The notes under the pieces were generated by a model that worked only from the letters and a program-made list of their open reading frames with translations, did not search any database and had not been told where the DNA came from. A stretch of 64,000 nucleotides of DNA from the NCBI GenBank assembly GCA_976226885.1, contig OZ320320.1, positions 48,050,001-48,114,000 on the forward strand, in the 5' to 3' direction. This DNA is from Iphione sp. A-MEVVRFRX5 (taxonomy: Eukaryota). Positions 36,551 to 47,802 of this stretch are shown piece by piece (the first letter of the stretch is position 1; the number at the start of each line of letters is the position of its first letter). The position numbers and the translations under genes were made by a program.

Positions 36551-39500
36551 GTAGGTGATTCTCCATGTTGTCATATCATTACATGTACACTGCTCTCAGC
36601 AGGATGAGCACATCCCTTTTACCTCGTACTCCATCTGTAAGCCCATCGATAGACATAGTGGACCCACTTTATTGTAGCGTTTGTTTGACACATAAAATCT
36701 AATATGGAATCGTGGTTTCTTTGAGTGAGTTAATGAATTCGTACAATTATTTCAAGCTTTTGGGAGTGTCACTACGCAGGATGATTACTTACCTTTTTTG
36801 CGTATAAAAATCATGATGGGAAAGACCGTTCTCTACATTTTACTAGTTACTAATTACATATATGTATTCATCCAGTTGAAAGCGGTTGCTAAAGCTGATG
36901 AAATATTATTTCCTTTAATTTTGCCTGAAGAAGCCGGACTGTACACGGCGAAACGTTACACTGTATAACCAAGTTACATGTCATTAAAGTCCCATCTCAA
37001 GCACTTCTCAGAGCTGTCTCTCTTTCCCATTGATTTATTTCCCTCAATTGCAGATATGCTCAAGTCTTCTCCAAGACTGACACGTGGCAAGGCTGCTGCC
37101 GCAGCAAAGGAGCTCTTGCCACGTGTGCCCAATGCAGCAGCTGCAGCGATGGAAGCGGCCGTGCGCCATGATATTGTCGTTGTTGCCGAGGGCCGGATGT
37201 CGAGGAGACCGGACGCTGAGCTGCAGCAGCTGGAGGCCATCCCTGTGTTCCTGCCCATACTGCGGAACTCGCTCAACCTGCCCACCTCCCATGACAGTGA
37301 GGTATGATCCACAGTCTCTGTGAAACTTACTAAATCTGCCAGCCTTCCTTGATATTTTGCCAATCTTTTTTGGCTTGACCAGGTCACCTCCCATGATAGT
37401 GTGGTGTGCCACAGTCACTGTGCAATTTATGTAACCTGACTACCTTCCTTTACATTTCACCAGTTTAGGCTTAATTTCCATGTATGCATGTAGGGGTGTC
37501 GCTGTGTTTGTGCACATATTTCCACCATGAAAAATTAGCACCTCTATAATCTGATAAGGGCTGTATACACACTGTGCCATGTGTTTCCACGATGTTTTCA
37601 AATATCATGTTTGCTGTTATCCATATTGCTAAAATACACACCGAAAACACGTCAGTTTCACACCAATTGGGACATGTTCCATTCTCAAACATGGTGACAT
37701 ACCCATAAAAACATGCTACATGGTACACACATACAGGAACACACTCTCCCTTATTCCTGTATTCCCTAAAATCATGGTGAAAACACATTTACGCACTTCA
37801 TGGCGACATGTATGCAAGGAAATTAAGCCCTACCATGTACTTAAACATAACTAAACCTCGGCAGCTGTTATATGCTTTAGTAGGATTTATTTTCCCAGTT
37901 CCCAAACTTCTGTTGTCACTCCTGAAGGAATTTGTAGAATAGTTTGAAGTAGTTTTGTTGCTCTACCCCTATATGGATATTAATGAACATAAAAGCTGGT
38001 CAACAACTTGGGTTAAGTCCAGCGTGTTCATCTCACTAAACCAGTAACAGCTTATATACTATTGATTCATATTAAACTACAAATTCTAATTTTATTCTGT
38101 TGTTATTAACTTCTTTTCTTTACTGTTATTATTTTCTCAGTTGATGGATCACTTTATATGTTACCCTATGATAACCCTATAGCCCCGCAATAGTAGCACA
38201 ATCTGCTCTCATCAACCAGACCCCCAACAACCAGAATGTCAGAATTTTTGCAGACCAACACAAAAACCTGAGTGCACAGATATGTATAAAGTCATTCATG
38301 AACTGGATTCTTCACAGACCAGACTAAATTCACTCAGACTAAATTCACCAACAAAATATTCCAGTTGACGATGGATGACTGTAGTTTTCATACCTTCCTG
38401 GTAGTTATGGTTGAACAGTGCATCTTTTACTGTATATTACCAGTTAAGGTAGGATCTTAGTCTATGGATCACAACTGTAGATGTTTGTCAGTTAATCGCC
38501 CCTCTATTAGTAATAGTTCATCAGTGGTAACATGTCCCATAGTATCCTTCCTCTGTGCATCATATTAGACTCATAACTCTGGCGTTGTAAGTAAATGCAT
38601 GGCTAAGTCGTGGAATTCAAGAAAACAAATCATCTCATGCTATGGCCCTCTCATATTGATCTAGGCTCTGGACAGGCTCGATAGTCGCCAGGTGCTACAG
38701 TTGTGCACACGGTACCAGGAGCATCTTCGCCAGTGCGCAGAGGCAGTGGCCTTTGACCAGAATGCCCTCTGTGTACGGATCAAAGAGGTTAGTAAATGTT
38801 GACAGTAGTATGCCTTCTTACCAAGAAGCTTGGTGCAGTTGACTCCCACTTAAAGACCAGATCATAGGGAAGACCAGACTGCATCAGAGGCCAGATTATA
38901 ATACAGTGGAGTCTCTATTTTCGACCAGAGGTCGGGTCCAAGCTCAGATGGTCGCAGTAGCAAGTTTGGTCAGAAATTGCAGAAATTGCTGAACTTGATG
39001 AGTAAGAGACCTAAAAGTGCTGAATTTGACGAGAAAGAGTAAAAAAAAAAGTGCTAAATTTGATGAGTAGGAGTCCTAAAAGTGCTGAATTTGATGAATA
39101 AGAGTAACAAAAAATGCTGAATTTGACGAGTGTGAGGTTGCGAGGGACATCAGAGGGATCGCCATTGACGCCTCTGCTCTCCCCCGACCTGCCCTTCCAT
39201 GGTGTGAGGAACATAAGGGAGGTTGCAGTTGACACCACTGGCCTCTCCCGAGCACATCAGAGAGGTCATTTTTGACACTGCGGTCAGTATTCAATAGTAA
39301 ATTATATCAAAACGACCTTAAGATGAGTAGTCGTACACTGGAAATGGATTTGGTCTGTAATTGATAATCAGTCATAATAGGTTATGTATGGAGAGAATTT
39401 TGGTAACAACATCAACTGGTCGGTATAGAAGAGCGCGGACAGCCGGGGACTTCATGGCCACTCAGGCGGAACCACTGAAAACAAAGGTGTGAAGTAGCAC

Positions 39501-42500
39501 TGGCACATAGAGAAGGGGGGGGGGAGACAGAGGGACAGACAGAGATAGAGACAGAGAGAGACAGAGAAAGAGAGAGGAGGGGACTACATGTATAAGATAC
39601 ACACATATGTATACATACACACAACACATAACTTACACTTACAAATATCTATATGGACATAGGTATACACCTATATACTCACTTATGTGTACACACTTTC
39701 ACATATGTAGATGTGTACAGCTACACACACATAAATATCTTAGCATACACACTGAGACATGCAAACCTATGCACACTTACATGTACACATACTTGTACAC
39801 ACATATATGTATGTGTAAGAACATGTAGATGTATGTATGGAAGTGTGTGTTGGTATGTGTATAAACATGTATAGTATTATGTGTATTTGTGTATGTGTAG
39901 GTATATACATGTGTAAGTATGTGCATATGTAGGAATGTAATAGATGTGTATATGTGGGAGTGTAAGTATACTTGGATGTATGTGTGTGCACATGTAGCAA
40001 TGTGTAGATGTGTGTGCATGCATGTAGATGTGTGTAAATTTAAAGAATTTACATTTCATATACCGAGGACCCTCCCCAACCGGACCCCTCTATACCGGAA
40101 TATCACCGTTACCGGATGGAATCTGAATAACCAAGGGTTTTTCTATTAAAATTATATTACTTAACCGGAGACCCCGTCTCCGGATTCGGACGAAATTTAG
40201 CTGCATTTTTGAGTATTTAACATAGGAAATACAGCCATTTAACCGGAGGCGTGTTGTGAAAGGGACCTTATCGAGCCTGCGCGACAATGGATAGGGGTCT
40301 GTTTGAAGTACATAGCGTCAGTTCCTCGGACAACACAGGACATCCGTTGTCGCGCAGAGTAACTCCATAACAAAGGGATTGGGTCGGGGACTTCTTAGGC
40401 CTTATCACACTTAGGTGAGAGGGGACGGTAGGGGAACAAAGAATTTACAGCCCGCGGCCTTGAGCCCCTCCCCTCGTTATTGTCTTACCGCAGTAGAGGC
40501 GTGCCTGCCGGGTCGTCCTCCAGGGCTGAGATTCAGCTTAAAAGCAGGAGGGGTGGACACAACGGTATCCATTCCTCCTGGAAACGCCGAGATGTCTCAA
40601 CCACCAGCCAAGCGACGCAGAGTATGCATTACCAATGCTTAGAAGAAGGAACTCTGTCTCTACAAGGCTGAGCACCCTGGGGCATCGCAAGCAGATATGA
40701 TCACGAAATTCTCCTCGAAGTGGGGGGTCGCCGTACCCCGATCAACCATTTCAGACATCCTGAAGAAATCCGCCCAGTGGATAGGCATGTCTGATGAGGA
40801 GGGGAGCCTTTGTAGACAGCGATGCCCACTCCAATCCAAGCTTGAGGCCGCTCTCATGCTCTGGTTTGGCGACATGCGGGCGAAGAACGCCCCTGTACGA
40901 GATGATATGATGATGAAGCAGGCGCAGAAGCTGGGCGCCCAAATGGGCATCACAGGCTTTCAGTATAGCAAGGGCTGGCTTGGGCGTCTGAAGCAAGGCA
41001 ATAACATCCGATGCTATAAACACCATGGCGAGTCCGCGTCCGTTGATATGACAGTCGTTGAAGAAGGGCGGTCATCCCTCCAGGAACAACTCCAAGGTTT
41101 TGACCCAGAGGATGTGTATAACATCGACGAAACAGGACTTTTCTATCAGCTAAAACCAAATGCAACTCTCTCTACTGGCCCTGTGAAGGGAGAGAAAAGG
41201 AACAAGGAACGCATCACTGTTGTCTTAGCCTGTAATGCCACGGGTACAGACAAACTCCGCCCCCTCGTAATCGGCAAGTCTGCAAAGCCTAGGTGTTTTT
41301 CCCGTGGATTCGACCCCGGGATGTTTCTACGTTCACTATAGAAATAACCAAAAGGCTTGGATGACTTCGAAAGTCTGGGTGGAGTACATGCATATGCTCA
41401 ACGATCGGGCGAAGAGTCAGGGGAGGCGGTACCTGCTTCTGGTCGACAATGCCGGACCACACAAGACCCAAGAACGCTTCTCCCATATCACCCTGAAATT
41501 CCTCCCCCCAAATACAACTGCACACATCCAGCCCTTAGATGCTGGGATTATTGCATCTTTCAAAGCCCAGTATAAGAAAAGGCTAGTGGAGTACTTTTTG
41601 GGGTGTGCAGAAAGGGATGAACCCCTGGTGACCGACATCAGGAAATCCATCCTGATGCTCCATGAGGCCTGGTCATCTGTCACTTCCACCACGATCAAGA
41701 ATTGCTGGAACAATGTCAACATCCTCCCCGGATCCAACACCACCACCAGCACCACCACCACCACCAGTAAATCTGATGATGAGGAGGACCGCCCATTGGC
41801 AGAGTTGCAGGCTCTCCTCAGGGCAATGCCCTGTGAAGAGGGACAGGTAATGATGTCTGCACAGGAATATGCAGAGGCAGATCAGGAGGCAGAGACAAAT
41901 GGGGAGTTGACAGATGAGGCCATCCTCAGTCTTGTCAGTCAGCCAGAGGTGACTGATGCTCCACCTGAGGAGACTGAGGAGGGGACAGAGGATCTCCCCC
42001 CACCACCACTCACCTTCAAGGAGGTGTCCAAGTCTGTGGACACCTTGATCAGACTATGCGAAGACAAGAAGAACATTGCTGGAGTCGAATTCCTGAGGGC
42101 TCTTCTTAAAGATGCACAGACCACACATAAGAGTGAGAGACAGACACTCATCAAAGACTTTTTCAAGGTTTAGGATTTTTTTTTTTTTTAATATTTTTTC
42201 TATCTATTGTGAATTTTATTGCCATTTATGCTTTGTGTATGAAGTTTACATGTGTTTCCTATAATAAATACCCTTATTCCTAACTGAAATTGAATGAGTC
42301 ATTATTTTCCAGAATTCCAAAAAAATCATTGTAGTTATAATATTTGGTCCATACTTTACTATTATGACAGTTTCCCCCACCAAGAGACGCATGGGAAGCC
42401 TTTAAAATCAATACAGATCGATGACCACTAATATCCATTAGGCTCCCATACTTTACCATTATGACAGTTTTCCCCACCAGGAGACGCATGGTGCTCGGGT

Positions 42501-44763
42501 CGCCATTCCGGACCCCCTCCTAACCGGACATATTTTCGCATTCCGGTACCCCTCTGGTTGAGGAGGGCCGTCGGTAGATGAAAAAAGGACCATAGCTTGA
42601 CTTTTCCCCCTTCACACACTCTATGTATGCACAATTACATGGCTATACACATTTACACCTATGCATATGGCATGCATACTTACACATACTTATATGGACA
42701 TACTTACACACACCTACATATCAAGACACACAGCTACATGCACAGCCACTTACATATACTACAGGCACTTATGCCTACATACACACATACCTATATAGAC
42801 ATAAGTACAGATGCTCACTTACCTACTTACACACCTACACACTGACACCTCCACATGCTCAGACTTGCACATGCATACACAAGTATAACATCTGTACACA
42901 TATGCACATACATACATAGACCAATATATGTACATAGACAACCATACTTACACCTTCACATAATGTACACACTTACATACCTATGTACACATACAGACAT
43001 ATACACTTTGTTAATACACTTGCACATTCCTTTACATCCATACTTACACATACCTTATGTGCACACACTTACACACATATAAAAATATATACCTACACAT
43101 AGCTTCATGTTTAAGCTTACACACACTTTAACATGCACACCTATGCACACATACATGTACACACCTATACACAGCCATATATGACAGACATACATACATG
43201 TATAGGCATTATACATCTGCACCCCCTAATAAACCTACCAATACTTTCAAAATACATATACAGAATAAATAAACAAGCACACATCTATATCTAACATATT
43301 TATATATACATGCTCCTAAATGTACAGCTACATATACCCCTATGGAAGTAGACACACCTACATGCACACCCCTATATATATACAATACAGTCACTCTGAT
43401 GGGGGTTTTCAGTGGTTCCACTTGACTGCCCAGGGTTGTGACGTAGCTCCGCGCTCTTCTATATCCCGTTTGGTCGGAAATTACAGAGGTCGGTAATCAA
43501 GCAGTCCCCAACTTCGCTTAGTGGTGGTAACCCTTTCCCATTTTTTTACTTGAGTTAAGTACAGTGGAAAGTCCCTAATCAGGACACCCTTGGTTCTTGC
43601 CCAAACTTGAGATGTGTCCCTATTAGAGACTTTGTTTAATATGTACCAAATAGAATCTGTTCTTCCCCCAAGTGTCCCTAATAGAGACTTGTCCTTATTT
43701 GGGCGTGTCCCTAAGGTGGCTTTCTACTGGTAAATACCTTGGCTTTATGCCTGGAATACTGAGGGATTTACATATAAGAATAAAGATGAATCTATTCTGT
43801 TCCAGGCAGTTTTGTCTGGAATAGTAAGGGTACTGGAATATTTAAGTGTTGGAATAGTGAGGTTCTACCGAACTGCGATTCTCAACATCGTACAAAGCAG
43901 TCGAGTTCATATCATCTGTGCCACTGGAGCTGCACCATAAATCCCTCATATCATATTTTAATGCTAAAGGTTACATAAACCTAAATACACAGTATGAAGT
44001 TAGTAGTGCATAGTGTGGGTTTAGTCTAATGTGACCACCTCCCATAACAATCGTTCTTGGTTGGAAACATCTAATGTTTGTTATGTTTGCTGAAGAGAGC
44101 CTCAACTGCACGTGGTGTGGGGTTAACCAATATAAAAGGGAACAAATACGCACATGTAGTTCCTCAAAGGCAAATTGTTTAATAAGAAAAATTAATTTGA
44201 CAACCAAGAAACAGATTTGCTTGGAAGGGCAAATCTCTGAAAATGAATTTTCCCACTACGAAGTGATACCATAGAACACATCTACTTCGTTAATAGAGTT
44301 ATACCTGTAGCTTTCGAATCCATCTCAATAAGGTGCCCCATAACCTTTTATGTTCTTTATATATCTTGTGTGAAAATTCCTTCGTTAAGATTTATTAAAT
44401 GCCGATAATGTCCTAAAATAGTTGTTAATATGTGTAATAGTTGGTTTACTTGAAAAGTGCAGACAACAGTACATTTAACATCTGCTATCTTTTAATCTTC
44501 CACAGATTGACTTCACTATCTCAACAATCTATAACAGTTTGACAGAGAGACAGCGGCGGTTCGCCAAGTACGCCGAGCAGATCCAAAAGATCCAGGAGAT
44601 GCACACTGTTCTCAGTCGTGTGCGCATGACCGTTGAGCAGACCATCCCACTAATGGAGCGACTCAACAGTGTGCTTCCCCCTGAAGACCAGCTGGAGCCC
44701 TTCTCCATGAACCCAGCTCGTGCTGCTAGTACTGCTGCTTCCTCCTCACCAAACTCCTCCTAG
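36448..44763 (+). CDS. BORCS5: BLOC-1-related complex subunit 5 (myrlysin/LOH12CR1), complete spliced CDS, 243 aa
   Basis: Exons 36448-36550, 37054-37301, 38665-38787 and 44506-44763 total 732 nt, all GT-AG. The MGAEQS N-terminus and the motifs [52 protein letters not shown] and RLNSVLP..LEPFSM match BORCS5. Confidence 0.95.
37054..37301 (+). CDS. BORCS5: BORCS5 coding exon 2 (contains an Ala-rich stretch and DIVVVAEG)
   Basis: aattgcag|AT...GAG|gtatga, phase 1 in and 0 out. Confidence 0.92.
37468..37830. mobile_element. MITE (TIR GGCTTAATTTCC), related to 10943-11253
   Basis: ggcttaatttccatgtatgcatgt...acatgtatgcaaggaaattaagcc. Confidence 0.7.
38665..38787 (+). CDS. BORCS5: BORCS5 coding exon 3 ([13 protein letters not shown]...VRIKE)
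   Basis: 123 nt, gatctag|GCT...GAG|gttagt; absent from the ORF track. Confidence 0.94.
38902..39478. mobile_element. Non-autonomous CAGTGG-terminated element with ~30-bp internal tandem subrepeats
   Basis: TA-CAGTGGAGTCTC start, ...CCACTG end; about 5 copies of aaaagtgctgaatttga.gag at 38.98-39.13 kb. Confidence 0.55.
39590..40060. repeat. Degenerate (TACA/TGTA)-rich simple repeat; switches from CA-rich to GT-rich near 39830
   Basis: Composition visible directly. Confidence 0.85.
40064..42574 (+). mobile_element. Full-length pogo/Tigger (TIGD4/6-like) DNA transposon, 2511 bp, in BORCS5 intron 3
   Basis: TA flanks at 40062-63 and 42575-76; imperfect TIR CCGAGGACCCTCCCCAACCGGA versus CCGACGGCCCTCCTCAACCAGA; multiple subterminal ACCGGA motifs. 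Confidence 0.9.
40592..42173 (+). pseudogene. pogo transposase (CENP-B-type HTH plus DD30D), about 526 aa when repaired; one premature TAG and one +1 frameshift
   Basis: [10 protein letters not shown] start; TAG at 40640-42; frameshift near 41315-41320 (gacccc-g-ggatgt); catalytic motifs [14 protein letters not shown] and QPLDAGI. Confidence 0.9.
42610..43385. repeat. Degenerate (TACA/CA)-rich simple repeat
   Basis: Composition visible directly. Confidence 0.85.
43562..43729. mobile_element. Small Tc1/mariner-type MITE
   Basis: TA-CAGTGGAAAGTCCC...GGCTTTCTACTG; internal gtgtcccta.tagagact repeats. Confidence 0.65.
44506..44763 (+). CDS. BORCS5: BORCS5 last coding exon (IDFTIS...PNSS*)
   Basis: ccacag|ATT; TAG at 44761-44763. 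Confidence 0.95.
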   Translation: MDFTISTIYNSLTERQRRFAKYAEQIQKIQEMHTVLSRVRMTVEQTIPLMERLNSVLPPEDQLEPFSMNPARAASTAASSSPNSS

Positions 44764-47414
44764 CTACATGGGCAGGTTTCCTGTGTTAGGGAAGCAGTAA
44801 GGCAGTTGTTCCACAACAGTAAAAACAACAACCATGTCTTCGGTAATATGGCTCACATATGTTGGTCTCTTCGGTTGTCATTCGTAGGGCGGCCGCATTA
44901 GCGCTCTTTGAGACATTTGAAACTGAGATTTTTTTTTATATGATAGCAAAGAAAATTGAATCCTTTATTATGGTTTTGGTTCATATTTGCAGCACAGGCC
45001 GAGGGCCCTGCATCATTTTACGCATCATAATCCCAAGTAGGAGTATTATCCTCTGTAGCTTGAATAATTCTCAGGGTGGGTGCGAACAAAATTGGTTTAT
45101 CGTAGCATCCCTCTGAATTATGATGGGTTCCAGTCCGAACACTTTTGCCTGTATTATTATTTCCTCAACGAGGTAAGAACTACAGAGTGGTTCTAGAAAA
45201 TTCCAATCTTAATGATTATCATCGAAAGGTGTATAGTATATTTCGCCGAAAAGGCTGTCGTCGTACAGTTTTGTTTGGAAACATCGCATTTGAAACGTCT
45301 GAATTTATTTAAAAGTTGATGTAGGCATCTACGGTGTCTCAAATGAGCTACAGTGTTACACCATGCCATGTGCTTTGTTTAGGATACATTTCAAGTCAGC
45401 CGAAACATACGTTGACAAGGTAATACGTCATGGCGTTAAGTGGGGCGTGGCAATGACGTGATCATTCATGAATATGCATTTTCGGTGTGATACCAGCAGT
45501 TACCTAGTATTCACCCTCACGTCCCTGATGACAGGCTCCGTGAATTGTCTTGCTGGTAACTTGCTAATTGATTGTGCAATAGAAACATAATCTGCAACTT
45601 CGTTGTAATGACTCTCCGCATGATACCTGCCTGTCCCTGTACCTGTACGCGTCCTCCTGTCCTCCGACATTCTTTCCTATTTCTCTTCTTTGATTTTCTG
45701 TAGCACTTGGGCCACCGAAGGTACCCTATTCTCCGAAATTGGCGCCCTTCAAAATCCCTCTGAATCTGCCTCTCTGTCTGTAAGTTATCTATTGTGTCTC
45801 TTGCTAAAAGACGCGTTTTTTGTATCTCTTCTTGAGGTGTGCAGTTCCTTTTGTAAGTGCCATTTTCTTCTAGAAGTGATTCCAATATACATGCCTTCTC
45901 TCCCGATGTGCTTGTTGACATGTAAATCTGGTCTAACTGTGAATGTGCTAATGTCAAGAAGATGTAAGCTTTGAGTGAGAGAGACTACACACAGCAGAGA
46001 TGGTGCTTTGAAATCAGGCTTCAGCTATATTCGAAGAAAATGGTAAACTTTAACGATGGTTTTAAATGTTCAGTAGAACACCGCCTGCTGCTAACGAGCA
46101 TGTTAATATGTTTGTGATATTTAAATAAACGCCCTTGTGTTGTAAATACTTATTCATTTATGCGCTGTGACAAATTATTTTATTGACTGGCGGTCAGTGT
46201 ATTTAAACGAATATGAGTGTAAATAAAAAGTTCACTCCTGACCAATCCTGCGTGTGGCCTCTTTTATAGAGCATTGTAAATTTTAGACTCACTAATGGGG
46301 TTACATAATGTTTGATCTGAGCTGTCACTGTGTGCCTTAGTTATTCATTGAGATCTTGCACACAAAGTAACGATCTATCAGCTGTTACGGCAAGACCTCC
46401 ATATTGGCAGCAACGTCCAAGTGGTCGGTAAGCTCTTTGGTGTGATGGGATTTTGCCCCCCCCCCCCCTTTTGGGTGGGTAGAAATACTGTAGACTGATA
46501 AAAGAGTCTGAGCCTCAGTGTAAATGCTAATATCAGTGTGAGTCAAAATCTGCGTCCGGAGTGTGAGGGCGAATGTGTGTGTTTGCTTTGCACCTCACAA
46601 GACCTCCATTTAATGGCAACTTGCCACATACTAACAACATATGACTTTTCCTATCACCTTTAGTAATTTAAAAAGAGCAATTTAATTAAAAGTGGTTTCG
46701 GGCACAAAAGCTGTGAATGTGAGCAACTTTTTTTATGAAGGGACTCCGTACTCAGAGACTTCCTTAATAGACGTTTACTTCTAGTCCTAGAAGGGACAAC
46801 CCAGTATCACAGTGTAGACCAGTCTTCGCAGTTAGCTTGGAAGCCTTTCTGACGTGAGTTTCAAAGTAGCACCAGCAGTATTTGAAGATTGCTTCGCGTG
46901 AAGAGTCACAGCCATTAGACCTTTCCTTGTCCCAATAAATTCACGAGGGCATTAGATCTAGTCACCTTTCGTCAGGATGGGATATAACATGAGTTTTTAC
47001 CCCATCTCTTTTTCCCTCCTTTCAGTAAACCGCCGGGCTATTGACATTGCATCAATAACAGACTTAATGGGTTGTACTATTGATTACCACAGGTTAATTT
47101 GAGATCAGTTAGCAGGAGAAATGCTGTATGTAAAGAAAATGTATGAAGATAATAGTTGTTGATAAAGAGCAGGTTCATCTTACAGCAGGTTACAATTAAC
47201 GAAATGAGTTAAAGCTTGCGTTCTGAACGTTTGGGCTCAATTGTTAGTGTTCTGACATCGCATTGAATATTCAGCTGAAGAGCAGTTTTACTTTACAATC
47301 AGGTTACTGATATCTAGAACAATAGTGTACGTTCAAATTTAGGATTCCTTTTACTGTTATCACTCTCATCCGTGCTCACTTACAACAATGGGTACAGAAA
47401 CTTGTCGCATGAAT

Positions 47415-47802
47415 GAGGTCATATTACAGAAAATCACCAGATTGTTGAGGTCACACTACACACATTTTAAGAAGAGGGAAGTCAGACTACAGGAAGTTGC
47501 CAGATTACTTAAGTCATGTTAGAGGAAGTTGTCAGAAGATGAAGATTATACTACAGAAATTCACCAGATTAGTGAGGCCGGACTGTATAGAAATTGTACG
47601 AATAAGAGGTAGGTCATACCACAGGAAGTTGCCAGCTAGGCAAGATCATATTAGAGGAAGTTATCAGATGAGGAAGGCCATACTACAGAAATTCTCCAGA
47701 TTGGTGAGGTTATACTCTAGAAATTGTAAGAAGAGGGAGGCCATACTACAGAATGTTGCCACAATGGGAACATCATATGACAGGAAGTCTTCAGATGAGG
47801 TT
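47415..47802. repeat. Higher-order minisatellite: three units of ~126-132 bp, each of four ~30-bp subunits
   Basis: Units start at about 47415, 47541 and 47673; subunit consensus roughly gaggtcatactacagaaagttgccagat. Confidence 0.75.

Noticed and set aside
39600-43400. His/Thr/Tyr-rich or Cys/Val/Met-rich ORFs in the ORF track
   Set aside because: Artefacts of TACA/TGTA simple repeats.
45517-45957. 146-aa - strand ORF downstream of BORCS5
   Set aside because: No recognisable domain, start context or splice support; probably a TE remnant or chance.
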